This document shows positions 28,694 to 38,169 of a stretch of DNA of 39,258 nt, piece by piece. The stretch is from a virus (taxonomy: Duplodnaviria; Heunggongvirae; Uroviricota; Caudoviricetes): IMG/VR virus record IMGVR_UViG_2519899560_000023; one strand, 5' to 3'. A model generated the notes under the pieces. It did not search any database, was not told the origin of the DNA, and saw nothing but the letters and a program-made list of their open reading frames with translations. Position 1 is the first letter of the stretch. Each line of letters opens with the position of its first letter. The translations under genes and the position numbers were made by a program.

Positions 28694-29801
28694 ACTGTAT
28701 CTGGGCGGTGAGATTTTTTCCGGCTGGCTGACGGTGAGTGTTCGTCGCTCTCTTGAACATCTGGCGGGCTCCTTTGAACTGGGGGTAATGATGCCCGGTG
28801 TACGCCTTCCGTCATCCGTCCGTGCCGGTCAGTCTCTGGAATTGCGCATTGACGGTCAGCCTGTGATCACTGGCTGGCTGGATCAGGTCCGGCAGCGCAT
28901 CAGCGCCACGCGTTTTCAGATCACGCTCAGCGGACGGGATAAAACCGGTGACCTGGTGGACTGTTCAGCCATTCATCCGGGCAGCCAGTGGAGGAACCGC
29001 ACGCTGGAGCACATTGCTTCAGATTTGTGTGCTCCGTTCGGGGTCACGGTGCGCTGGCAGGTAAATGATGCAACGGCAGCCCGGCCCTTTTCCACCTTCA
29101 CACTGGAAAACTCAGAAACCGTGGCAGATGCGCTGACACGGGCCGCGAGACACAGAGGCGTCCTGGTAACCAGTAATGCCGCCGGTGAACTGGTTTTCAC
29201 TCAGGCCGGCAGTCAGCGTGGCGACACGCTGACGCTGGGCGAAAATCTGCTGGATTTGGATCACAACGTGGATCACCGTCTGCGCCACAGTGAATACCGT
29301 GTACGGGGGCACGGGCGTGGTGGTGGTCATGCCGGGGATGCACTGACAGCCGGAACGCTGGCCGCACCCGTTGGTACGGTGACAGACAGTGCCATCCACC
29401 GTTACAGACCGAAAATTGTGCTGGCGGATCATGCTGTTGATGCAGACGGTGCACGCCAGAGGGCTGTCCGGGAAATGCGCCGGGCGGTTGCCCGCTCTGT
29501 GCGCCTGACAGCCACCGTGCGGCACTGGTTTCGGGAGAACGGCCAGTTGTGGGATATCAACCTGCTGACGGCTGTCACGGCTCCCCGCACCGGAGTGGAA
29601 GAGCGTGATCTTCTTGTCTGTCAGGTGGAGTTTTCGCTGGATGCAAATCACGGCGAAACCACCCGTCTGATTCTGGCACCCCGTGACGGCTTTATTGTTC
29701 CGGCAGAGCCGGGAAACAGCGGAAGCGGAAATGCGGGTGACGTGGACGCCTTCGTGCGGGCACAGATGAAAAAACAGGGGATTAAATTCAATGATGAATG
29801 A
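28677..29801 (+). CDS. baseplate hub protein (Mu Q-like)
   Basis: 374 aa; gene order. Confidence 0.75.
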   Translation: MSSRVELYLGGEIFSGWLTVSVRRSLEHLAGSFELGVMMPGVRLPSSVRAGQSLELRIDGQPVITGWLDQVRQRISATRFQITLSGRDKTGDLVDCSAIHPGSQWRNRTLEHIASDLCAPFGVTVRWQVNDATAARPFSTFTLENSETVADALTRAARHRGVLVTSNAAGELVFTQAGSQRGDTLTLGENLLDLDHNVDHRLRHSEYRVRGHGRGGGHAGDALTAGTLAAPVGTVTDSAIHRYRPKIVLADHAVDADGARQRAVREMRRAVARSVRLTATVRHWFRENGQLWDINLLTAVTAPRTGVEERDLLVCQVEFSLDANHGETTRLILAPRDGFIVPAEPGNSGSGNAGDVDAFVRAQMKKQGIKFNDE

Positions 29802-30405
29802 CGAAGTCATCAGCCGCCTTCTGGCCCCCGTGATGCGGGGTGTTCGTCTGCTGTTCGGGCGTGGTGTACTGACCGGCACAACGGACACGCTGAAAATCCA
29901 GAATGTGCAAATCACCGGTATGGATGGTGAAACCTTTGATGACGTTGAACGCCCCCAGCAGTACGGGCAAATCAGCGTCCCCCTGCCTGGTGCGGAAGTT
30001 TTTCTGGCCTGTGCTGGCGGACAACGGGATCAGGCCGTGGTGCTTGTGGTGGAAGACCGCCGCAGTCGCCCGACCGGACTTACCGCCGGAGATACCGGCG
30101 TGTATCACCATGAGGGGCACCGTATACGTCTGACAAAGAACGGCCGGATCATTGTGACCTGTAAGACGCTGGAGATTTACGCCGATGAAGGTGTTCAGGT
30201 GGATACACCGGAGGCTCACTTTACCGGTAATGTCACAGTGGATAAGAACCTGCATGTCAAAGGCAATGTGTCCATTGACGGCACCGGAAGATCACAGGGG
30301 ACGTTCACGATGTCCGAAGCGGTTATTGCCGGGATCACCTATTCAGGTCATGTGCATCACGATAACGGTGAAGGCAGCAAAACGGGAGGACCAGAGAATG
30401 GCTGA
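29791..30405 (+). CDS. baseplate spike protein (gpV-like, Mu gp45)
   Basis: 204 aa; gene order. Confidence 0.75.
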   Translation: MMNDEVISRLLAPVMRGVRLLFGRGVLTGTTDTLKIQNVQITGMDGETFDDVERPQQYGQISVPLPGAEVFLACAGGQRDQAVVLVVEDRRSRPTGLTAGDTGVYHHEGHRIRLTKNGRIIVTCKTLEIYADEGVQVDTPEAHFTGNVTVDKNLHVKGNVSIDGTGRSQGTFTMSEAVIAGITYSGHVHHDNGEGSKTGGPENG

Positions 30406-30835
30406 TATTGCTGTCGTCTGGGATCAGGGTTGCGGTTCCCTGCAACTGAACGGCGCAGATCTTCTGACGGATAACAGCCTGCTGACTGCGGTCATTATTT
30501 CACTGTTTACGGACAGGCGGGCGCTGGATTCCGATGAAATCCCTGACGGCACCCGTGACCGTCGGGGATGGTGGGGAGACAGTTTCCGGGAGCGCCCCGT
30601 TGGCTCCCGTCTCTGGCTGTTAAGCCGTGAAAAGACGCTGTCCTCCGTGGTCAGCCGTGCACAGGCCTATGCTGATGAAGCGCTGGCGTGGCTGCATAAA
30701 AGCGGTGCTGCCACATCCGTGGTATGTCATGCCATGCGTGTGGGGCATGCTCGCCTTTCGCTTTCCGTGAAAATCACCCTGCCGGACGGAAGCAGACATC
30801 CGATGATTTTTTATGCTGATATGAAGGGGGAATGA
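30398..30835 (+). CDS. baseplate protein (Mu gp46-like)
   Basis: ATG at 30398 overlapping gp45 stop; about 145 aa. Confidence 0.7.
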   Translation: MADIAVVWDQGCGSLQLNGADLLTDNSLLTAVIISLFTDRRALDSDEIPDGTRDRRGWWGDSFRERPVGSRLWLLSREKTLSSVVSRAQAYADEALAWLHKSGAATSVVCHAMRVGHARLSLSVKITLPDGSRHPMIFYADMKGE

Positions 30836-31917
30836 TGCCTTATCAGCCCTTACCACTGGCGCAACTGATCACACAGACACAACAGGATATCAGCCAGCGC
30901 CTGCCCGGTTCGCAGCCGGGCGTGAATGAAACCACCCTGAATGCCATTGCGTATGCACTGGCGGGTCTGTCAGCACAGGAGCATGAACATCTGGCCTGGA
31001 TCTCCCGGCAGATAATTCCGACAGAAGCTGATGAAGCCGAACTCCTGAAACACTGCGCATTCTGGGGTGTCATCCGTAAACCGGCTTCCCGCGCTGACGG
31101 ACCGGTACAACTGATGCTGACCACGGATGCAGGGATCACGGAAGGCGTACTCCTTCAGCGAAGCGATGGGGTTGTGTACCGCATCACCGGCTCTGCGACC
31201 GGAAAAGCCGGAACACTGAATGTTAATGTGGAGGCGGAAAGTGCGGGGCGCGCTGGAAATACCCCGACCGGAACCCGCCTGTCCTTTATCACGCCACAGG
31301 CGGGCATCAACCAGACAGCCACGGTCACCGGCACGGGACTCACCGGTGGTGCGGATGTGGAAACGGTGCCGGAGTTGCTGTCCAGGCTGGTATTCCGGGT
31401 ACAGAACCCGCCATCAGGGGGAACACAGTATGATTTTGAACGCTGGGCACGGGAAGTACCGGGCGTGACGCGGGCATGGTGTAAGCCTGAATGGCCTGAG
31501 GCGGGTAGTGTTGGTGTGACTTTTGTTCAGGATAATAACCCTGACATTTTCCCCGGAGAAGGTGATGTGAAGCGGGTGGCGGATTATATCCGCAGTCATG
31601 ATGATCCGGCGACGGGCCAGCCCGTTGGTCAGCCACTTGGGCCGACAATCAGCGTGTTTAAGCTGACCAATAAGCCGGTGGCGTTTGAGATCAGGATTGT
31701 ACCCAAAACGCCGGAAAATCAGGCTGCCGTAAAACAGGCATTAACAGACCTGCTTTATAACGAATCGCGGCCGGGTGGACTTGTATTGCCTTCATCATTC
31801 TGGCGGGCTGTTGCAGGGGTGAAAGGACTGGAGGATTTTGAAGTTCGCAGCCCGCTGAAGTCCGTGATGGCCGGAGATACAGAGTTGCTGACCGTGGGGG
31901 AAATCACATGGCTGTAA
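30832..31917 (+). CDS. baseplate J-like protein (Mu gp47-like)
   Basis: 361 aa; gene order. Confidence 0.75.
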   Translation: MMPYQPLPLAQLITQTQQDISQRLPGSQPGVNETTLNAIAYALAGLSAQEHEHLAWISRQIIPTEADEAELLKHCAFWGVIRKPASRADGPVQLMLTTDAGITEGVLLQRSDGVVYRITGSATGKAGTLNVNVEAESAGRAGNTPTGTRLSFITPQAGINQTATVTGTGLTGGADVETVPELLSRLVFRVQNPPSGGTQYDFERWAREVPGVTRAWCKPEWPEAGSVGVTFVQDNNPDIFPGEGDVKRVADYIRSHDDPATGQPVGQPLGPTISVFKLTNKPVAFEIRIVPKTPENQAAVKQALTDLLYNESRPGGLVLPSSFWRAVAGVKGLEDFEVRSPLKSVMAGDTELLTVGEITWL

Positions 31918-32468
31918 CCCTGACCCCGCATCAGCGCGCCCTGTTGCAGTTGCTGCCTGACGGGCTGGCATGGGATAAGCGGCCGTCATCCGTTCTTGCG
32001 GCTTTGTGCCTGGGCCTCAGTCATTCCACGGAGCGTGTTTCCTGGACCGGTAACCAGATGCTGGCAGAACGTTTTCCTGATTCATCCCGTCTGCTGCTGG
32101 AAGACTGGGAGCGTTATCTGGGGTTACCGGAATGTGATATGACCGGCGCAACCATTCAGGAGCGTCAGCGTTATGCCGGGAATAAATACCGGATGAAACC
32201 CTCTCTTAACCGTGAATTTTATATCCGGTTTGCGGCAGAGTTTGGTTATGAAATAGATATTCAGCCATCACCGGATTCACAGTGGGTCAGTATTGTCACG
32301 ATTAACAGTGAAACCGGCTACCGGAATATGAATGTGCTGGATGATATTCTCACGCCGCTGCGTATTTATGAAGGCGGTGCGCTGGAATGTATTCTGAACC
32401 GTTATAAGCCTGCATGGCAGACGTTTATTTACGTATATGCAAACAGTCACGAAGAGGAGAATATTTAA
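31908..32468 (+). CDS. tail protein (Mu gp48-like)
   Basis: 186 aa; precedes tail fibre gene. Confidence 0.7.
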   Translation: MAVTLTPHQRALLQLLPDGLAWDKRPSSVLAALCLGLSHSTERVSWTGNQMLAERFPDSSRLLLEDWERYLGLPECDMTGATIQERQRYAGNKYRMKPSLNREFYIRFAAEFGYEIDIQPSPDSQWVSIVTINSETGYRNMNVLDDILTPLRIYEGGALECILNRYKPAWQTFIYVYANSHEEENI

Positions 32469-33379
32469 TGTTCCATGTTGATAATAATTCCGGCGTGGCG
32501 AATATGCCTGCGCTGGCACCGGCGCAGAGTAATACCACCACCTGGTTTACCGAAGGTGACGGACAAAAAGGTATCAGCTGGATTGGTCAGGACTGGCTGA
32601 ATATTCTCCAGGCCGAACTGCTGAATATTCTGGCTGAAGCCAGTATTCAGCCGGATAAGGCGCAGTTAAACCAGCTTACGCTGTCCATTAAAGCCATTAT
32701 CGCTGCGAATGCCTTTTCCCGGAAAAACAACCTGAAAGAAATTGCTGATGCCGGTGCGGAAGCCCAGCGTCTTGCCCGTGGTTATCTTGGTCTTGGGGCG
32801 CTTGCCACAAAAAACAGTCTTGGTCCCGGTGACGTTAATGCTCTGGCGAAGGATCAGAACCTTGCCGACCTGGAGAATGCGGGAACCGCCCGTAATAATC
32901 TGGATGTTTACAGCAAAAGCGAAGGTGATAACCGTTACCTGCGCAGGGAGCAGAACGGCGCAGACATTCCGGATAAAGGCGCTTTTATCGATAACGTCGG
33001 TTTACGGGAAACGGTAAATAAGGCTGCTGATGCCCTGCCATCGGGTGGAACCGCCGTGGCAGCAAACAGACTCGCCACCCCAAGAAATATTAATGGTGTT
33101 CCTTTTGACGGAACGCTGGATATCAACATCACGTCAGGAATGACGCAGTCAACCGCAGATGGCCGGTATGTACAGAATGTTCAGCTTGGAGCACAGAGCT
33201 ATCATTCACCCGGAGGCAATGAAATGTCATGGAATTACAGCGCACCTTCCGGTTGTATGCTTTCCGGAATTAACGTGCAGGAAACCGGCTCCCGGTCTGC
33301 GGACAATATCGGTGGGGTCTATTATCGCCCGGTTCAGATTTATATTAATAATGCCTGGAGAACGGTAAGTTCAGTGTAA
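32468..33379 (+). CDS. tail fibre protein S (constant part fused to the currently expressed variable C-terminus)
   Basis: ATG overlapping gp48 stop (TAATG); N-terminus MFHVDNNSGV; C-terminal tip homologous to the inverted cassette at 34015-34377. Confidence 0.8.
   Translation: MFHVDNNSGVANMPALAPAQSNTTTWFTEGDGQKGISWIGQDWLNILQAELLNILAEASIQPDKAQLNQLTLSIKAIIAANAFSRKNNLKEIADAGAEAQRLARGYLGLGALATKNSLGPGDVNALAKDQNLADLENAGTARNNLDVYSKSEGDNRYLRREQNGADIPDKGAFIDNVGLRETVNKAADALPSGGTAVAANRLATPRNINGVPFDGTLDINITSGMTQSTADGRYVQNVQLGAQSYHSPGGNEMSWNYSAPSGCMLSGINVQETGSRSADNIGGVYYRPVQIYINNAWRTVSSV
32985..33010. other. gix/hix-like recombination site (left), inside S
   Basis: TTATCGATAACGTCGGTTTACGGGAA, close to the remembered Mu gix; inverted homology with the right end begins at GGTTTACGGGA. 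Confidence 0.65.
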
Positions 33380-34372
33380 ACCACAGAAAAGGGTGCTGAA
33401 TGCACCCTCTGAATTATTCCGGTTTTTCCGGCCAGGGAATCGCCTGGTAATGCCCCTCACTGGCAATATCATTAAAGTGCATTTCTTTAAGCTGTCGGAT
33501 ATACGCCATCCAGCGCGTCAGCTGTAATTTATTTTCATCGCTAATCATGTCCAGTTTTAATTCCGTTTTCCAGTCATCCACAGTTTCGTTGGCTTCCTGG
33601 AGCAGCGATGAGCGGCGCTTTTCAGCAACCGTCTTCCAGTTTACCGGCACCTTTGATATCAGGCCATCAGAAAACTGCCAGTTACCGTCAATATTCACAC
33701 CTTCCGGCAGTTCGTCCACTTCAACAACAGTAAAACCTGCCGGATATAAAGCAGAGACATCTTCAGCAACAGAGCAGATAATACCCGTTACAGGCGAAAT
33801 ACAGAGTTTGTATTTCTTTGTGAAAAGCGGGATAGATTCATAAAAATCCCTTCCGTCCTCACTCTGGAAATACTGAACATCCTCACCATAGGGTTTGTGT
33901 TCCGGGTAATATCGTTTTACGTTAATAAGCTCCATTATTTCACCTTGTTTTTGTTGAAAAGACAAAATCATCATATATTTATTCAGATAATCTGTTTTTT
34001 GAACTACTGCACTTTTATGCGCTGGAAGCTGTTTTCCACGAACCATCTATCAGAAACTGAACAGGTCGATAATATGCGGTTACCGTTGCATTACCATCAC
34101 CAGCGACATCAAGCCCTGTAAGTACGCATCCGTCAGGAACCTCAAAAATATTATATTGCATTCCAATCGTTGACCTTGAACCTCTTCGAATGCTTTGAAC
34201 ATAACGTGAGTCAGCCACAGACTGCGTCATCCCCGATGTAATATTTATATCCTGCGTTCCGTCAAATGGGACACCATTAATATTTCTTGGAGTGGCGAGT
34301 TTATTCGCTGCAACAGCCGCTCCGTTCGATGGCAGGGCATTCGCGGCCCTGTTTACAGTATCCCGTAAACCA
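32999..34372. other. invertible tail-fibre segment (G-segment analogue, about 1.4 kb)
   Basis: Bounded by inverted gix-like sites; contains Sv (+), one tail fibre assembly gene (-) and a promoterless alternative S' tip (-); gin adjacent. Confidence 0.7.
33414..33935 (-). CDS. tail fibre assembly protein (U'-like chaperone)
   Basis: ATG at 33933-33935 preceded by AAGGTG; track ORF extends to 34046; about 174 aa. Confidence 0.7.
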   Translation of the reverse strand: MELINVKRYYPEHKPYGEDVQYFQSEDGRDFYESIPLFTKKYKLCISPVTGIICSVAEDVSALYPAGFTVVEVDELPEGVNIDGNWQFSDGLISKVPVNWKTVAEKRRSSLLQEANETVDDWKTELKLDMISDENKLQLTRWMAYIRQLKEMHFNDIASEGHYQAIPWPEKPE

Positions 34373-34377
34373 AGGTT
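34015..34377 (-). CDS. promoterless alternative tail fibre C-terminal cassette (S'v)
   Basis: Minus frame open from stop at 34378-34380 to 34015; translation NLGLRDTVNRAANALPS...GVPFDGTQDINITSGMTQSVADSRYVQ... parallels the S C-terminus. Confidence 0.7.
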   Translation of the reverse strand, partial: NLGLRDTVNRAANALPSNGAAVAANKLATPRNINGVPFDGTQDINITSGMTQSVADSRYVQSIRRGSRSTIGMQYNIFEVPDGCVLTGLDVAGDGNATVTAYYRPVQFLIDGSWKTASSA

Positions 34378-34385
34378 TCAGGGAT
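34360..34385. other. gix/hix-like recombination site (right)
   Basis: ATCCCGTAAACCAAGGTTTCAGGGAT, near-palindromic 26-mer about 55 bp upstream of gin. Confidence 0.65.
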
Positions 34386-34439
34386 GCCGTATATCTGCTT
34401 TAAAAGGCCTTTCCACCTCTTTTTAAGGAAGGTAAATAC

Positions 34440-35000
34440 ATGCTGATTGGCTATATACGCGTATCAACAAATGACCAGAACACAGGTTTACAAAGAAATG
34501 CGCTGGAATGTGCAGGATGTGAGCAGATTTTTGAAGATAAAATGAGTGGTAAAACGACACAGCGGCCGGGACTGAAGCGGGCACTGAAGAAACTAAAACC
34601 CGGTGACACACTGATGGTCTGGAAACTGGACAGGCTGGGGCGCAGTATGCGCCACCTTGTTGCGCTGACAGATGAATTACAGCAACAGGGGATAAATTTT
34701 CGTAGTCTTACTGACAACATTGATACGTCAACCCCCATGGGGCGCTTCTTTTTTCACATAATGGGTGCGCTGGCAGAAATGGAGCGTGAATTAATTGTCG
34801 AACGGACACGGGCTGGTCTTGCAGCTGCCCGTGAAAGGGGACGAACCGGCGGCAGACCCCGTCGTCTCACGCAGGAACAATACGAGCAGGTCGGGCGTTT
34901 ACTGGCCGGGGGTGTCAGTCGAAGACAGGTGGCACTTATTTTTGATATCGGCCTTTCAACCCTTTATCGTTATTATCCTGCGAGCGTTTCGGAAAAATAA
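34440..35000 (+). CDS. gin: serine DNA invertase (Gin/Hin/Cin family)
   Basis: 186 aa; N-terminus MLIGYIRVSTNDQNT with catalytic-Ser context; C-terminal HTH; adjacent to invertible segment. Confidence 0.9.
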   Translation: MLIGYIRVSTNDQNTGLQRNALECAGCEQIFEDKMSGKTTQRPGLKRALKKLKPGDTLMVWKLDRLGRSMRHLVALTDELQQQGINFRSLTDNIDTSTPMGRFFFHIMGALAEMERELIVERTRAGLAAARERGRTGGRPRRLTQEQYEQVGRLLAGGVSRRQVALIFDIGLSTLYRYYPASVSEK

Positions 35001-35099
35001 GACGCTCTCTTTGTTGGGCCTTTACTGAATTAACGCAAAATGGCGTTTATCGGTCTGTGGATATGATAATTCAGTTTATTCAGGAACAGGCTGATTATT

Positions 35100-37139
35100 A
35101 TGACGTCCAAATGGGTTCAACTATCATCAATGCCCGGAAACTTTACTGTTAAAGTTTCCGGTGGTACAGCGGCATTTCTTGAGGCTCCCTTTCCTCCGGC
35201 CGAAACAAAAGGAGGAATGACATTTGCTGACTGTCTCATCAGTTTTAATACACGGGATTGCCTGTGGGTAAGGCCAGTATCCGGTGATCCGAGTGTGGAA
35301 ATTACCGGAGCGGGTATTGGTGCGGTCATTCCGTTAAGTGCTGATGTTGCCGGTACTGCTGAACCGTCAGACTGGGATAATGCTGAAACACATACCCGTC
35401 CGTCAGGAAATGAAACTGCTTCCAGCTCCCCTTCCTGGTATTACGTGGTGGTTCTTGCTGGTCAGTCAAACGGTATGGCTTACGGTGAAGGTCTGCCACT
35501 GCCGGAGACATATGACCGCCCCGAACCGCGTATTATGCAGTTAGCCCGTCGCAGTACAGTCACGCCGGGAGGTAAAGCCTGTCAGTATAACGACATCATT
35601 CTGGCCGACCACTGTCTGCATGATGTGCAGGATATGAGTGGAAAAAATCACCCGAAAGCGGATGTGGCTAAAGGGCAATATGGCACCGTGGGTCAGGGGC
35701 TTCACATTGCCAAAAAACTGCTGCCGTTTATTCCGGCAGATGCGGGGATTCTGCTGGTTCCCTGCTGCCGTGGTGGTTCTGCATTCACGGCGGGTGCTGA
35801 CGGCACGTACAGTGACAGCACGGGTGCTTCAGAGGACTCAGCCCGCTGGGGTGTGGATAAGCCGCTGTATAAGGACTTAATCAGCCGGACAAAAGCGGCA
35901 CTGGCGAAGAACCCGAAAAACCGCCTGCTTGCTGTGGTGTGGATGCAGGGCGAGTTTGATATTGATGCGAAGCCGACGGAGCATTCCGCGCTGTTTCTGG
36001 CGATGGTGGAAAAATTCCGCGCAGACCTGGCTGAACAGGCGGAACAGTGTACCGGTGGCAGTGCTGCTGGCGTTCCGTGGATTTGTGGCGATACCACGTA
36101 TTTCTGGAAACAGAAAAATGAACCGGCATACCAGGCAATCTATGGCGGCTACAAAAACAAAACAGATAAAAACATTCATTTCGTTCCATTAATGACAGAT
36201 GAAAATGACGCGAATGTACCCACCAACAATCCGGCAGAAGACCCGGATATTGAATCCATTGGTTATTACGGCTCAACGTGGCGTAACAGTGCCGCCACCT
36301 GGACATCTGCGGACCGGGCCAGCCATTTCAGTTCATGGGCACGTCGTGGGATTATTTCCGACCGTCTGGCCACGGCAGTTCTGACTCATGCGGGGCGAAC
36401 CACAGTAAAAGCCGATGTTCCATCTTCTGAAACTGAAGCACCAGTGCCGTCACCTTCAGAAACTGAAGCAGTAACCACAACACTGCTGTCTTATCGTGTC
36501 AGTGAGTCAGAAGGAAATCTGAAAGCCCAGGGCTGGGAGCCGGCTGGCGGTAAAGCTGAAATTATCAGTGATGCAGGAGGCACAGGTGGTAAGGCAATGA
36601 AACTGACCAAGGAAACAGGTAAATCATCCTGGTATCTGGATCATGATGCCGGTACTGGTGCTGAACTGCTGAAAAATGGTGGTTTAATCAGTTGTCGTTT
36701 TAAAGTACCTGGCGACCTGGTGGCAAACCAGTATGTCATGGGGCTTTACTGGCCGGTTTCCTCTCTGCCGCAGGGTGTCACCCTGACAGGGGATGCAGGG
36801 AATAATCTGCTGGCATCGTTCTACATCCAGACAGACGCAAAAGACCTGAATGTGATGTACCACAATGCAAAAGTGGCAACAAATAACCAGAAACTGGGAA
36901 CCTTTGGTGCATTTGATAATGAATGGCATACGCTGGCCTTCCGTTTTGCAGGAAATAACAGCCTTCAGGTTATTCCGGTTATTGATGGTCAGGATGGTGC
37001 CGCGTTTACCCTGACGCAGTCACCAGTAGGAACTTTCCCGGTGGACAAACTCCGCGTAACGGATATCACAAAAAATGCAACTTACCCGGTGCTGATTGAC
37101 AGCATTGTGGTGGAAGTGAAAAAAGCGGTAACAGAATAA
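35100..37139 (+). CDS. SGNH/SASA-family carbohydrate O-acetylesterase-like protein (NanS-p-like) with N- and C-terminal extra domains
   Basis: 679 aa; VVLAGQSNGMAYGEG block, then LLVPCCRGGSAF and VVWMQGEFD blocks and DRASHFS; C-terminal about 230 aa beta-rich. Confidence 0.6.
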   Translation: MTSKWVQLSSMPGNFTVKVSGGTAAFLEAPFPPAETKGGMTFADCLISFNTRDCLWVRPVSGDPSVEITGAGIGAVIPLSADVAGTAEPSDWDNAETHTRPSGNETASSSPSWYYVVVLAGQSNGMAYGEGLPLPETYDRPEPRIMQLARRSTVTPGGKACQYNDIILADHCLHDVQDMSGKNHPKADVAKGQYGTVGQGLHIAKKLLPFIPADAGILLVPCCRGGSAFTAGADGTYSDSTGASEDSARWGVDKPLYKDLISRTKAALAKNPKNRLLAVVWMQGEFDIDAKPTEHSALFLAMVEKFRADLAEQAEQCTGGSAAGVPWICGDTTYFWKQKNEPAYQAIYGGYKNKTDKNIHFVPLMTDENDANVPTNNPAEDPDIESIGYYGSTWRNSAATWTSADRASHFSSWARRGIISDRLATAVLTHAGRTTVKADVPSSETEAPVPSPSETEAVTTTLLSYRVSESEGNLKAQGWEPAGGKAEIISDAGGTGGKAMKLTKETGKSSWYLDHDAGTGAELLKNGGLISCRFKVPGDLVANQYVMGLYWPVSSLPQGVTLTGDAGNNLLASFYIQTDAKDLNVMYHNAKVATNNQKLGTFGAFDNEWHTLAFRFAGNNSLQVIPVIDGQDGAAFTLTQSPVGTFPVDKLRVTDITKNATYPVLIDSIVVEVKKAVTE

Positions 37140-37144
37140 AAAAA

Positions 37145-37173
37145 TCCCGCCGGTCATGATATGGCTGGCGGGA
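37145..37173 (-). terminator. hairpin followed by T-run on minus strand
   Basis: Stem TCCCGCC/GGCGGGA with about 15-nt loop; minus strand continues ATTTTTTTATT. Confidence 0.4.
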
Positions 37174-37188
37174 GCTACCTAACCCATA

Positions 37189-37218
37189 AAGGAAAATAAA
37201 AATACTCCCGAAGGAGTG
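37189..37218 (-). terminator. hairpin with tetraloop and T-run on minus strand
   Basis: Minus strand ACTCC-TTCG-GGAGT followed by ATTTTTATTTTCC. Confidence 0.45.
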
Positions 37219-37285
37219 GTTATCAGTCGCTTCGATGTTTTTACCCGATAACGAATTATGTAGTCAATATCAAAGGTAAGGTTAT

Positions 37286-37468
37286 ATGACATTCGTTCAT
37301 ACAATGCTGCTTTATTTCTGCGCTGTGGTCAGTGCGTTATATCTGGTGAGCGGTGGTTATAAGGTCATCAGAAATTATATTCGCCGTAAAATTGATGATG
37401 CGGCAGCTGAAAAACTCAGTAAAACAGCACAGGCACCGTCATCCCCAAACGACCCGACCCCGCTCTGA
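37286..37468 (+). CDS. small membrane protein (one N-terminal TM helix, hydrophilic tail)
   Basis: 60 aa; MLLYFCAVVSALYLVSGG hydrophobic core; AAGGTAAGG upstream. Confidence 0.5.
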   Translation: MTFVHTMLLYFCAVVSALYLVSGGYKVIRNYIRRKIDDAAAEKLSKTAQAPSSPNDPTPL

Positions 37469-37503
37469 TAACGGGGCAATATACCTGCAAAAGGAGAATA
37501 TTC

Positions 37504-37749
37504 ATGCCAGAGATTAAAGGCACGGTTACTGAAGAGCTTGTCAAACAGGCACTTTATTCTGAAGAAGTGAACCGCGTGCTGAAGGCGCAGGTTCGCAAGG
37601 ATTTTGAGGCACAAATCGACGCATATGTTGATGAAGTGCTGGCCCGAATGGTTGGCCGTTCTCCGGCTGAAAACAGCACGGAAAATGATCCTCAACCCGT
37701 AGAGCAACCAGAGCCGGTTCAGCCCGGAACTGACGGTACTATGATGTAA
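37504..37749 (+). CDS. small acidic helical protein
   Basis: 81 aa; strong SD AAAGGAG 7 nt upstream; followed by terminator. Confidence 0.55.
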   Translation: MPEIKGTVTEELVKQALYSEEVNRVLKAQVRKDFEAQIDAYVDEVLARMVGRSPAENSTENDPQPVEQPEPVQPGTDGTMM

Positions 37750-37758
37750 CAATACCGA

Positions 37759-37790
37759 CCGGCAGGTTTCCCTGCCGGGTGAGTTTGTTA
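37759..37790 (+). terminator. rho-independent terminator after small-protein cassette
   Basis: Stem CCGGCAGG/CCTGCCGG, loop TTTC, then GTGAGTTTGTT. Confidence 0.55.
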
Positions 37791-38066
37791 ATGCACGTTT
37801 TGTGTATTTTCCCTCCTGGGAGAACAGGCAGGACATATCAGCATCCTGAAACAGGAAGCATTTTTGGGTTTGTATGTCTTGCCATTTTGAGATCGAGAAC
37901 GGCGATAGATGAGCTGTAAGGGAGTCTTACAGGCAGGGCAAACAGGCTCTTTCATCCATGATAAAGATCTCCTTTTTATGCATCTCTGCTTTACAGGAGA
38001 CCGGGGAATATCATAGGATACGCCACGAGCTCGAAGTAAAGCATTGATGCAAGTTTTTACAGATTG

Positions 38067-38105
38067 ACCCAGCATAGTTCCAGCTATGCTGGGTTTCACT
38101 TTTAT
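38067..38105 (+). terminator. rho-independent terminator upstream of com/mom control region
   Basis: Perfect 10-bp stem CCCAGCATAG/CTATGCTGGG, 6-nt loop, then TTTCACTTTTATG. Confidence 0.65.
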
Positions 38106-38169
38106 GTAGTATCCTGTTGATTTGAAACATACTACATATACGCGTGATCCTACCTTCACTGTATAAAAA

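Noticed and set aside
29112-29915. 267-aa minus-strand ORF
   Set aside because: Antisense to the baseplate hub gene; Cys/Arg-rich translation.
37375-37836. 153-aa minus-strand ORF
   Set aside because: Antisense to two + strand genes that have good ribosome-binding sites and protein-like composition.
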